Assembly: GCA_002269645.1 (NCBI GenBank)
Contig: NIVC01001159.1
Location: 299,414-363,413, forward strand
Direction: 5' to 3'
DNA from: Macrostomum lignano
Lineage: Eukaryota
DNA length: 64,000 bases
The notes beneath the pieces were generated by a model that was not told the origin of the DNA, searched no databases, and was given only the letters and a program-made list of their open reading frames with translations. Positions 1 to 13,535 of the stretch are shown here, in pieces. The translations under genes and the position numbers were made by a program. Position 1 is the first letter of the stretch. Each line of letters begins with the position of its first letter.

Positions 1-1565
<1,565 letters not shown>

Positions 1566-2193
1566 AGACTGAGCGAGTTTTTGAGCAGTCGCAGAGTCCT
1601 GATTCTTGAATAGTTTAACAGCAAACTTTTGATTCAAATAATATTACTTACCCAACAGTTCAGCCAAAGTGACTGCTCGTCGAATAGTCAGAATAAAAAC
1701 TTTTGCTACTTCCATTGAGCCCGTCGTGTCCCCGCGTCTGAAATGTGCAGTTGCGAGTAATCAATATATTATTAATTTTGCACTTACAGTACAACAGTGA
1801 AACAACAGTAAAACATTCAAAACAAAGCCTATGAATTAATGCTTTGAACTTACATTCGTAAGCCGCTCGTGCTACACAAATTAATAAGTGAAGTTTTATG
1901 AGCTCAGTCGAGTGGCCCATGGTAGCTATTTTCGGATTCGTTGCATCACTTTTTCTGACTTGCACGTTGCTCTGTTCCAGATTCACCTTTTCTCGCAAAA
2001 TTGGAGCATACAAAACTTTGAGGGATTTTGGTCTCGATAAGAGTCTCGAATTTTTGCACTGGCCAAATAATCAGATTTAAAAAAAGCATCGCCAGGTGAC
2101 AACGAAGAAATAAAAAACAATATGAGATTTCCTTTTGATTATGTATACTCAGTAGCATCGACAAGTCGCCATCACAGAAGATACCGTTGTTAG

Positions 2194-2599
2194 CACTCAT
2201 TTTTTGCGCCACAGACAGTCACTCATTTTGGCGCCACAGACAGTCACTCATTTCAGCGCCACAGACAGTCACTCATTTTGGCGCCACAGACAGTCACTCA
2301 TTTCAGCGCCACAGACAGTCACTCATTTTGGCGCCACAGACAGTCACTCATTTTGGCGCCACAGACAGTCACTCATTTCAGCGCCACAGACAGTCACTCA
2401 TTTCAGCGCCACAGACAGTCAATCATTTTTGCGCCACAGACAGTCACTCATTTCAGCGCCACAGACAGTCACTCATTTCAGCGCCACAGACAGTCACTCA
2501 TTTCAGCGCCACAGACAGTCACTCATTTCAGCGCCACAGACAGTCACTCATTTCAGCGCCACAGACAGTCACTCATTTCAGCGCCACAGACAGTCACTT
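2194..2599. repeat. 25-bp minisatellite (GCGCCACAGACAGTCACTCATTTCA/TTG)
   Basis: About 16 head-to-tail units with no spacers. Confidence 0.97.
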
Positions 2600-4089
2600 A
2601 TGTCGCCATATTTGCAATATTTTGGAGCCCTGAAGCAAAATTATTGATTTCCAAAACGGGTCACAATGTGGGGGCAAAGCATTGGAATGTGCCTTGATCG
2701 ATACTAAAACTAGCATATAAAGACATTACTTAACTTTTATTCCGAGTGACAAACGTTTGAGTTTTGCGGGGTGAGGGTTTAGCTGTTGTTGACTATAATT
2801 ATATCCCCACGTTTGCACTTTGACACAGTCGGTTCTTACCTTCTGGAGACAGAAAGAGACATAAAGCTCCAGATATAATGTTTACTGCTTCCAACTCTTT
2901 TTAGAGCTTCAGTGAGTATTCTTGCTTCAGCCGATGACTCTCATTCAGTGTTACTAAAAAGAGGAAAGAGAGTGAGGCGTCAGCGAGATTGCAGCTTTAG
3001 TCGAGGATTTCTTCATCATTTCCTCGTGTCTTCCCTGCGACCGTGGGGATTGGCTCCTGCCAGGGCAGTCCGCCTGGATTTATGGCCCGAGCGCAATCCT
3101 CGTCCTCTATCATCAAAACGTACTCACTTTGGGGGGGAACAAGATAGAAAATTGCATCTGGGGAAACGCACATGTGCACTCTTTAGTTAGCATCAGAGCA
3201 GGGATCGGTTTGCCGCACAGTATATTGTGCATGGTGGGAGATACAGGTCTGTACTCTGAGAGCAGTGGGGAGAAAATGGGTAAAAAGTCAGCCTTGAGGA
3301 GAAAGCTGCATGCCCACCCTGAGTCAACTCTGCGACCGCGAGATGAAAGAGACCATACAGAATTGATGAATAATAAGAAAACTAAACGAATGCGTCTGAG
3401 GTACCAGCGGTCCAGTGAATGGAGACTGCTCAAGCTGAGCAAGGGATAAAAGATTCTCAGGAGAGCATTCAAGAGGCGCATTGTAAGAGATGAAGTCTTC
3501 TCTCATCTTTTCTCTCACTTAGACAAAAATTGAAAACTAGTTATTGGCGATCATTTTCGGCTGATTTTCCATGCAAGAATGGCATTCTTGCACTCTTTTG
3601 CGTGCAGGAATGGATGTCTATGGTAAAATCTCACTGAAAAAGCATTAGGCGCAGAAATGCATTCCTGCACGGTTTTGTGCATTCCTGCACGATGAATCAT
3701 CCGACAATGGAATTCCTTCACGTTCACTCGTGCGTGAAGGACATCGTGCACTCGTGCGCTAGCGCGCACTCGTGCAGATGTCATTCCCGCACTCGTGACC
3801 GTGCAGGAATATATCATTGCCGCTCAAAACTAAGGTTGTGTTCTCAAATAAAGACTAAGCTGATTTTTTTGCCATAGACAAACTTGGCTAATAAAATGCC
3901 ATCAACTATGTCGTCCATGAATGAGTAGTAGAAAAACCTGAAATTATACATGTACTCCCACGTACAGTAGTATAGGATATTGCAATTAACGATGCGAGGT
4001 GATCTGCTTTCTGTCTAAATCCATTGTTCCCTCAGCATCATTAGTCTCTGAGTCCATTCAGATGGGCACTCACTAATGCAATGCCCGGT

Positions 4090-4736
4090 CCATCCTGCTC
4101 TGTCCTTGGTCCATCTGCTGGCTCCTCTGGTTGTCTCCCTGCTTATTGTGTCTCGGCTCTCATCACTAACAGTGGGTTGGAGTCCTGGGCTGGAAGTTCG
4201 TCCCGAATCGGGGAAAACCGGCTGAGTCCGGTTTCCTCTTGCCCCTTGTGCCCCTCCCCCCCTTGGCCTGGCCTCCAATATTGAGCTGGATAGGTGAAGC
4301 CCTTGTGGCTTGCAGCCCCATAGGTAGTCGCAATATCCTGCCTGATTGGGAGACTCGCCCTCGGATACAAGCCTTCCAGACTCGCTCCAATAGTCAAGCC
4401 CTATTCCAAGACTTCTGGGTTTCCCCGCTCTTGGACGGCTTTCAGTAGTATACCCAACCTTTTCATTTCCAATTCTGTTTTTCGCGCACTCCCAAGGACT
4501 TGTCTGCTGGGTTGGTGGTCTGGGTGGACTCGGTCCTGGCACCGTCCCTGATTCCACTCTTTGGGTTGGCGGTGTCTTGTTAGTAGCCCCAAAATTTCCC
4601 TGGCCTAGACGTCGGGGCCCAACCATGTGGGTATCTCGGGCTTAGGCCCCTGGAAGTGCCCCTCAGCGGCAGAGCCCAATTCAGGGCTGATCCGCGGGTT
4701 GCCACCGGCTTCCCACCCTCGTTTAACAACAACAAT
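4090..4736 (+). mobile_element. Dispersed non-coding repeat family X, copy 1 (probably a retroelement UTR or non-autonomous retroposon), ending in GTTTAACAACAACAA
   Basis: Clearly similar to 62000-62632, e.g. shared GGGTATCTCGGGCTTAGGCCCCTGGAAGTGCCCCTCAGCGGCAGAGCCC and TAGGTAGTCGCAATATCCTGCCTGAT; both copies end at a (CAA)n tract. Confidence 0.6.
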
Positions 4737-5539
4737 GCAATAAAAGAATGCTTTCTGTGAAGACCATTAGCGGAGGTACACCTTGTGCAGATTATGAAAA
4801 TATGAAATTTCTACTCCAATAATTTTTATTAACAAGGTAAGACACTTTGCACATTGAATTTATTAGTTATTAATGAATTGTCATACAGATTTCTACCTGA
4901 TCAATGCTAACTGTAATTCACTCAGAGACGTTTCTGTGGTTGTAATTAGTGGTAAGAGTATAATTATGGGCTTCTGAGCTCAGTTGCAGCTGTTTAGCTG
5001 ACTGCAAAATCCAATCGCCCGAACGGTGCAATTCTGTGTAACAATGCATGCACATGCAACCCATATGACCTTGTGCTCTACGAAAACTCACAGGTAAATT
5101 ACGCCCTTTTCGATGCGAAGATTGATCGGCTGATTGATGTTCAAAGACACGATGTTTGTAAAGTACACTGAGCGAGTTTTAGGCGCGAGATTGGCAAGGA
5201 ATTCAAACGAATACTTTTCGGACGCCTCTGCACGCTACTCACAATGGGGATTGCTTTTTTTGAGCAGGTGAGGATTAGGTGCATGGAAAGGTTAAAGGTT
5301 ACATTTACATGTCGTCGGTATAGAGCAGTTGCGTGCGTTGAAATCACTTTGAAATCAAATAATACAATGAGCTGAGCTGATGTCGCTGTTGCTATCATTA
5401 AATCCAGCTGGATCGCCAGGAGTCTGGCGTCTGCTCTGGAGTCTGCGAAATACGCGAAAGCAAGAAGACAACCGGGCTGCGAATATTTATTTTAGCACAC
5501 TCACGTGTGGTGTCTTCGTCGAACCTCAGCCATGCAGAC

Positions 5540-6660
5540 AGAATAGACTTATCCATGCGGGGGACTGTTTTTTAGCCCTAATTAGCTGTCAAGGCCTTTA
5601 GAGCTTAAAAAATGAATCGCTGAGCTCTCTGCTTTCTCATTCCTGATGAGACAGTCCGAAGTGAGCATAGCTGTAGTCGAAAGACTCATCCATACCTAAG
5701 ATGGAAGTCAGCTAACCCCTAATCCTGCAGATTAGGCTAATCCGCCGCCTAACGCGAACAAAATCCATTTGAACTGGCTCACCAAACCTGATCCGTCGAG
5801 GCAGGATTTCCAGCTAGGAGGGATTATAAGGGACATCAAGCAGGCGCTTTTCTGTCCATCTGGAATCATAGAATTATAGAAATGATGTAACCGTCCTTGT
5901 CACCTGTCCGCTCCTATTGAGAGACGAACGCTTGGCTAGAGGGGGCAATGACCATAGGCTGCCTATGACCGGGCAACGACCTGACGGACCTCCAGCACCA
6001 GACTGTCCCGCCCACATGATTAGTAGCTTTGGTAGCGCTTCGTGACCAGAGGGCCAAGGACCCACATGGACCCCACCTGTAGCCAAGGTGCAATAGTTGG
6101 TCACTCGGTCATGGTATGACCGAGTGGCTGCCACCACTCTATGTGACCTGGCGCACCTGGATCTTTCTACCAGACCTCTCGAGGCTAGAGCCCCGCCTGG
6201 ATTGGTTACCAGGGGATTTAGGCTAACAGGGGAGACGCATGCAACCGAGTACAGGGACTCTGCTTGGGGCATGATCGGGAACTCTGGGCTCAATCCTGGA
6301 GGATTTCTCAGCAGGGGATCCTTTGTGGCTGTGAGCGAGGCAGACTTGCGACTTTGATTACTAAGAGTAGTATGAGGCGAACATGTACTGTCTCTAGTTT
6401 AGATTGCTCAGGGCGAAGGGACGCGTTAGCATGGGGTTGCAACCTTCCTACTGCCATTCTGTGCCAAAACTCGCTAATCACCCTCCACTGCACGCACTCA
6501 CGAACCCGCCGCACGCACTCACACAGGCGGGCTTTGCACGGGGAGAGGCCATTAGCTTACCCAAACTTCCTTATGCTTTGCCACCCCGGGAGAAAGGCTT
6601 AGCAAGCCATGAGTTAAATGATGGTGAAAGATTGAATAATGATGAAGTTAGTTAGTAGTT
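5540..6660. mobile_element. Dispersed GC-rich, hairpin-rich repeat family Y, copy 1 (unclassified)
   Basis: Reverse complement of 5700-5830 resembles 61340-61450 (shared GGTTTGGTGAGCCAG); perfect hairpin CACTCGGTCAT-GGT-ATGACCGAGTG near 6101-6125; no credible ORF. Confidence 0.4.
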
Positions 6661-7084
6661 AGTAATTAGGCCTTTAGGCGAATAATTAGGCAATTAGGCG
6701 GCTTCACTATTGAGTAAAATACAGCAAAAAGTTACGGTATCACAATTGGCTCAGCTCTCTAATCAGACAATGGGAAATAGGCAAACCCCGGATAAGCAAA
6801 GGCAATTAGAGCACAAATTAGTAACAGGAACTTACCGGCAGCTGCACAGAGAGAGAGAGAGAGGCGGAGTGACCGGTGGCGGCTGTAGGCTGCAGTCAGG
6901 CAGACAGTGAAGCGGCGATGCGCTGGAGCGACGAGGCGCTGATGTAGATCAGGCGATGCTGATGATGCTGGGCGGTATCAGACCGCTGGCCGATAGGCGA
7001 GCTCACTTGGGGAGCTAAGGATAACTTGGCGGTAACAGACCGCGGACCGGCAGGGATTCGCCTTATAGACGAATAGGTCAGAAC

Positions 7085-7383
7085 ACTACGTAGGACGCAG
7101 AAACTGCTGGGTTTTCAGATGTTTTGACGCAAAAAACGCAAATTATACTACTATCTGAAAATGAAGTAAGTAGTATACGAAAACGCTATCCTAAGCGTGA
7201 TATGGCAATATGTAGTCGTAATAATCCATGTGCTCATATATGTACATTAATTCCATGTACATTAATCCCTATCTATCTCAAATTGGATATGTACATTAAT
7301 TCCATGTACATTAATCCCTATCCCAAATTGTCTATCCCCAATTCTATATGTACACTCACATTAATCTACAGTGTCATCCCCAG
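7085..7383 (+). repeat. Left terminal inverted repeat (degenerate similarity extends to ~7470)
   Basis: Reverse complement of 16278-16630, roughly 90% identical by eye; internal sub-repeats TGTACATTAATTCCATGTACATTAATCC. Confidence 0.95.
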
Positions 7384-7842
7384 CGCGAACCCCCAACATT
7401 ACATGTACAATGCTACATGTACACAGAGGTGAGAATTACTAATCTCATCTACTACCAAATGAGTCAACTAACCGTGTAGCGCACATCATGTATAAGTATT
7501 TACAATGAAGATATATTTACATTTAATCAGTAGCATATTACAGGAATCGAGACATGTACACCATCACCAGCAGATAGAATATACAGAAAATTTTACATTG
7601 TTTTTCAATAATTTTCTCTTCATAAACGATTTTAAACAGGTCTGACATGCAAAATATGTACAATAGATTTTTACATTGGCAATTTCGCCACACACAATAC
7701 AAAAATGCTCTATGTACATGAATTATATATACAGCAAATAGATTCTGATAAATACAGCAGTATTACAATGCAAATTATGTATAATAAATAGATTTTAATA
7801 TTGCAAAATGTACATTGAATCGTCAGTTATAATTGGATTACA

Positions 7843-10800
7843 TTATTTATAGCCATAAGGCCTGCTGCAGGCCCCGTACACACGTTTCGTCAGGACGCGC
7901 TGAAACGTCTTGTCCATACTAACAGTGTGTATGGTACAAGACGCCTTGTCGCGCCTAAACTGAAACTGCGGCAGTTGCAGGGAGCCGCCGTGTAGTAGGG
8001 CACTGCGCAATTCATCGCTGCGCTCCCGAATCTCCGGAGTCAGGCGGATGCCCTTGCATTTCAGGACCTGACTCCGGACACCTGCCGCATCCTCGACAAT
8101 GTAAGTGTAGAGCTTGGGCCCTCCACTTACAAAGTCGGTCATCCGGCTACCTGCGGACACCTCGTCGGTCCACATTCCGAGGCTCGTGCCATGGGGCGGC
8201 TCCCATTGGCCCTCGGAATGCCGGTAAACGACCCTGGGTGTGGGGAGAGAGATAATTAGTTCCACATGCCAACTATTCAATTCTAAATAATTTATCAATG
8301 CAATACTTACGAGTCAGTGTCGCAGTAAATGGCCCGTTCGCCGAGCCCCTCCAAGGCCTCGTACAGGCGCAGCCGGGCCTGCGTGGTCGTAAAGACACCG
8401 ATTGGCACATTGGAGTACCGGAACGGCCGCTGATTAAAGTAGCGGTGCCGGTACTCTAGCAGCATAAACTCGCTGCCAATCGGTTCGCAGGCCTTGACTT
8501 TGAGGTTGGGGTAGGTCAGCCGGGCGAGCCAGTCCTCGTAGCTGGATACTATTTCTGTCGATGTCAGGTCGTCACGCTGACAAAATTTACCCCAGAGCCT
8601 GTGTGTTGTGAAAAGAAGTGCTACTGTTAGTAGAAGAAAATCGTTTTAAAAACAGAATTTATAATTACTTACGAATTCAAAAAGATTTTCGCTACAAAGC
8701 GAAGTCCTGGGTTGGGCTCGACCTTGTCCAGCGTGACGCCCTCCTTTGCAAAGAAATCGGCAATGTAGGCGGCCTTGTCTTCATCCGACATGCCGGGGGA
8801 GCCGCTCGACTCAGCCTTCAGCTTGAGGAAGGTGCTAACATAGTCACTGAACAGGCCGGTCCGCTTCTCTGTCCAGTAGGCTAGTGCGTGCACCACCTGC
8901 AGCCGGTAGCCCAACTGGAAGGCCTTCCGCAGCTCCGGCGTTGCCCAGGTACCAGTCAGTGCCCGCTGCTCGTCTGAGTGGTCACAATCGTCGCCACACT
9001 GCTGCTGCTCCATACAGGTGCGGCAAAGCCCAAAAAAGAGCTTCTTTTGCACTCTGTACGGCAGCAGCGGAATGTGCAAATTTGACGGCGGCAACACAGT
9101 CACTTTGGCAATACCAAAGTAACTAGCCAGCGCGTCAGAATCTAGCACTTGCGGCGTCGGATGTTGCACCGGGTGGCCAATCGGGTACGGGTCCTTTGAC
9201 TGCACCGTCGGGTACAGAGAGACCTGCCAGTTGAAATAAAACATTATTTTCATAAACTGTATTTTTGCAAAATATTCTACTATATCAGTAGTATCACTAC
9301 TCACCACATCCCGATATTTGAGAGTCTCAGTCTCGCTGGCCACAGCATGCGGGATAAAACACTCTACGCGGCCGCCATAGAGAGCATCTTCCATCTTGAG
9401 TGGAGCGCGCAGATGTGCAGTTGCGGCAATGAAATCGGCCTGCGACGCCAATACAGTGTCGTATTCGTGCTCCCAAATGACTCGAACACTGTAATTGTGC
9501 CGCTCCAACTCGCGAGTGAACCACTCAGTCTCGTGGCGGATATGGCTCAGAGGCTGCCGTTTGAGTGGGTGGACAGCATCCTGATCAGGCATGCACTGCT
9601 CGCAGCCATGGTAGAAACAGCCATGAAACTGCAAGACAGTGTTGCTCGCCTCATCAAAACCATCCACCTTGCGGCCAAGAATGACAGCCTCGCCGTCAGT
9701 CGAGTCGCAGGTGCGCAGCCGCCCGCCAAATTCGGTGGCATTCAAATAGGCCAGCCACTTGCGCGCCTTGAATGACTGCTGGTCGGCCTGCCGGGCAATC
9801 ACGCCGACCGAGTTGGGCTCCATAAATCGGGTGGTGAAAACGGCCATTGCCAAACTGGCAATCGTATTGGCCTGTACAAATGGTTCCAGGCCGTCGCAAA
9901 TGTCTCCAATTATTGCCCTGTACTTGATGCAGCCCTCGCGAAGCAGGACTGTGTCGCTCAAACAATAATCGAGATATTCCCGATTAAAGTTGAACAACTC
10001 GCCCTGTCGCGAGGCTAGCCAAGCACAGATTGAGTCATAGTCCTTGTTTGCTTTGCCGCCATAATATTCAATAGCCGGGTAGGAGCCCACGTAGTTCCAA
10101 TTAGCCGGCTTGTTAAACTCGTGGGAAAAGGTCCCCTTGGCCAGCTTTGTGTCAGCGAGTCCCAGAGCTTTGGGGAATTGTGCAAGCGGGATTGGTATAA
10201 AATTTAACGAATCTTTGAATACCAATTTATCCACCGTCATGCTCATTAGCCGGCTGCCCTGGAACAGTACTTGTGGCCGCTTCTTGGCCAGGCCGTTGAG
10301 TAGAGCGCCAAGCAGTAGGAACGAATCGTAGCCTGATGCATTGTGCGCTACAACAATGGCGCCGCCACGGAAAACTGTGCTCAGCCAGGCGAAAAATGCA
10401 TTCAGCGAGGCCGGGCCCACAGACACAAAATCGGCCATTTGGCAGGCGCAGTCTGAGTGGCTGACGCAATTGGAGAATTCCTCCCCCAGATCGCGGCCAG
10501 TCAGACAATTGGCGGCGCTATGCAGGCCATTGCAGAGGCGGCAAGTCTCGCGCGGAAACGCCCGGCCGGAGCAGGTCTCGCAGCACGTGACGGCAGTCAC
10601 CAGGTGCACGTGATGCTGCTTCTCATCGTCCGTGTACGTTTCCGTATCGTAGAACACGTACGGCATAGTCGAAGCTTTCACTTTGGGAGCCTTGACGAAG
10701 CACAAATGCGAGCCGGCCTCGTCGTACTGTTTACACAGTGGGCACTTGACATGCCCGCACTTGTGTTCCGGCTCCTTTTGACCGGCTTTCAGGTCTTCGC

Positions 10801-11825
10801 AATACCCGCAATTGGGGCAGACGCGGGTTGAGCTGCAGCGTGACCGCCCCGCCCGGTTCTTTCGGCGGTGGTTGTCGAAGCACTGCTGATTGTAGCACTT
10901 GAGGCCACAATCAGCACAGCGTTTGTAGTCACGCTGCAGGCTTTTGCAGTCGGTGCCGGGCACTTTGCATTGAGGGCAGGTGTTGGCACACTTGTGCCCT
11001 GCAGAGTTGCAATCATACGGCTGCTGGCAGCGGTCACAATAGCGGCGGGCTCCGAAAAATGGCGGCACCTTGCACACCGCGTTAAAGTGCTCGCAAATTA
11101 GGTGTAGATTCAGCACTTCGCGGCCGGGCAGGGCGTACACGCACGTATTGCCCTCCTCAGCACTGTATACCCGGACGCCGAAATCTCGACCGGGCGACTG
11201 GGCGTTCAGAACTGCCAGCAGTTGGGGGAGCACATCAACCCCGAAAGGCCCGGCCTGTGCAATGGTTGATAAAGACTAAAACATTTGTATATTAATAAAA
11301 TGCAAATTAAAATGTGCAAGAACATTTTTACTCACCGAATACAATTTGGCGGCAATCTGAAGCTCCCCAGTCAGCTTCTTCTGCATTGGGGAGTCGGCCT
11401 TGACGGTTTGCCACGTAGTCCTCGTGATGACCTTGGCCTGCAGGTCGGCAAAGGCCTTGGCCACCACTAGCGCCCGAATGAGGCACCGCTTGTCGCGGTT
11501 GGCGATGACAACATAATTGCGTCCCCCAATTGAATGCCGGGCCTGGATGTGACGCTCCGCCGCATCTAGGCTGCCGCAGCCGCCCCGCGGGACCCAGGCC
11601 TTGAGCAAAAACAATTTAAAGTTGTTGCCCAAGACACTGGAGTCCGACTGCAGAACCTTGTTGATATGCTTGAAAACAAGCTCTGCAGTGAAGCGGGCGG
11701 CGCGGACCGGCGGGACATTGATGGTCAACATCATATTGTCCGCCGTCAGCTTAGCTGCGACGAAATCGTCGACATTCAGGTCGGCGCAGAGGGTTGTTAT
11801 TACCCTAGCGAATGTGTCTCGAATA

Positions 11826-11894
<69 letters not shown>

Positions 11895-13286
11895 TGAACG
11901 ATACCACATATTCACAGCCTTTTGCTCTAAATTTAGGCAGGGCTTTCGCCCCGCCAAGACGCGCAATGAAGCCTGAAAAATTATAGGGTTTTGAAATTAG
12001 AATTGCGAGAGGCGGCAGGTGAATGACTCATGAAATCAACTCCTTACCATCGCCTTCGACAGTGTCGGGCTGGGGCGGGGGTTGAAATTGAGCCAAATCT
12101 GCAATAAAAATGTGCATGGTGACTAAAATTCTGACCGCTTGGAATTTTACAACTGTCAAAAATTTTTGATTGATTGCCTGCAGCAGCAGCAATTTTATCG
12201 CCCCCCACCCCAAGCAACAAAAATCGGCGAGTTGTAAAAACCCCAACTCGGCACGTTCCGACACGTAGCAACAAAAGAAATGTGGGGTTGATTGACCCCC
12301 GTTTCGAATTTTAGGCTGTCAAAAATGTTTGATTGATGACCCCTGATAACACAGATCCTGCCGCAGCAGCCATTGTAAAATTTAAGAAAACCCCCTATCA
12401 GCACGTGCCTCCATTGTGCCTCCTTGACACCTAGCAACAATACCGCGCGGCCGCTTTTGGATTTTAAAGCTGTCTGATTAATAACCCTCACTGTAGCAGC
12501 CAAGTTTTATTGCTGCCAAAACCCCTACTGTCAATTGCAGCGGTGATTACATCATCATGTCCAAAAATCGGGGTTGATTTTATCACTGCCGCCTGCCCAC
12601 CCCCCCCCGCTGAGTCACGTTCGCGCCGCAGGATTGCTGTTTTTGCTTCTCTCTAGTTCAAGGATTAGTCATATACTGCCCCTGGAATTTTATGACTATC
12701 CTCTACAGGCATTATCTGGCTATAGTGCTGCTGCTGATATTCTCTAAAACTCTGTTATTTCAATAGGCCTGAATTGAGAAATCCAGTTTCCTCTTTTTAC
12801 TTCAACATCTATGGCAGGAGGAAATTCATAAATTTTAAGCCAAAATGAATGCTAAAGATGAAAAGCAGTAGTTTCAAAGAAAGCACTATATTATTTCAAT
12901 AAGCATGAATTTAGAGTTTGCAAATCACACGAATACAAATGAATGCTGAACCAAAAGCAGTTCCTCCCTTTACTTCAATCTGCGACAGACAGTCCGAAGT
13001 CCGAATCCGAATTTCAATAAGCTGAATTTAGAGTTTGCAAAGCAACTCCGAATGCGAAGGGTGAAAAGCAGTTTTACAGTGGGCCTATTATTTCAATAAG
13101 CCTGATTTTGAGTTTGCGAAAGCCAAATGAATTCCAAAGATGAAAAATCAGTTTTACAGAGAACAGCCCTATATTTTTCAATAATCCCGAATTTAGAGTT
13201 TCGTAAAAGACAAAGACGAAAAAGAAATTTTTACACAGACTTGCAAGACTCACCTAGTTGTCTCCGCTTTGCAGCCGGAGGCTGTG

Positions 13287-13318
<32 letters not shown>

Positions 13319-13386
13319 CTCGATGGGCCGGCCTGCCCCCACAATGCCGATATTGCCGCTTCCGCAGCAGAGCGCTTCGATGCCAT
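7843..13386 (-). CDS. Protein-primed family B DNA polymerase (pPolB), 7 exons: 13386-13254, 12098-12048, 11972-11336 (one frameshift in a GCA tract), 11254-9305, 9223-8673, 8598-8311, 8233-7843; ~1,330 aa
   Basis: Spliced model restores YRDV|VSLYP (motif A), KIFLNS|LWGKF (motif B) and YCDTDS|VVY (motif C). Also ExoI FYDTET, ExoII AHNASGYD, ExoIII YCLSD, C-terminal PYGY. All junctions are GT..AG with compatible phases. Exons 1-2 rest on splice signals and phase only. Confidence 0.92.
12760..13200. repeat. Degenerate ~85-130 bp tandem repeats in pPolB intron 1
   Basis: About five copies of TTTCAATAAGC..GAATTTAGAGTTTGC. Confidence 0.6.
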
Positions 13387-13527
13387 TTCGATGGGGAAGG
13401 TAGATGGTTGTTGATGCTGCTGATGCTGCGGCTGCTGCTGCTGCTGCTGTTGTTGCTGATGCTGCTGTTGTGGCTTCTGCTGCTGCTGGCTGCTTCTGCG
13501 GATGCGGCTGCAGCAGCTCTCACCCGC

Positions 13528-13535
13528 TTTATATA
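13528..13535 (-). promoter_or_regulatory. Candidate TATA box of the pPolB gene
   Basis: TATATAAA on the minus strand ~140 bp upstream of the proposed ATG (13386). Confidence 0.5.

Noticed and set aside
5630-5715. Hammerhead-like CTGATGA-GAC..GTC-GAAA
   Set aside because: No consistent stem I plus NUH cleavage site could be built, and the core is not conserved in the related copy near 61.5 kb
8669-11233. 854-aa ORF as a complete stand-alone gene
   Set aside because: It is exon 4, an in-frame intron and exon 5 of a larger spliced gene; it lacks motifs B and C, and its TTG/GTG-type start is not real
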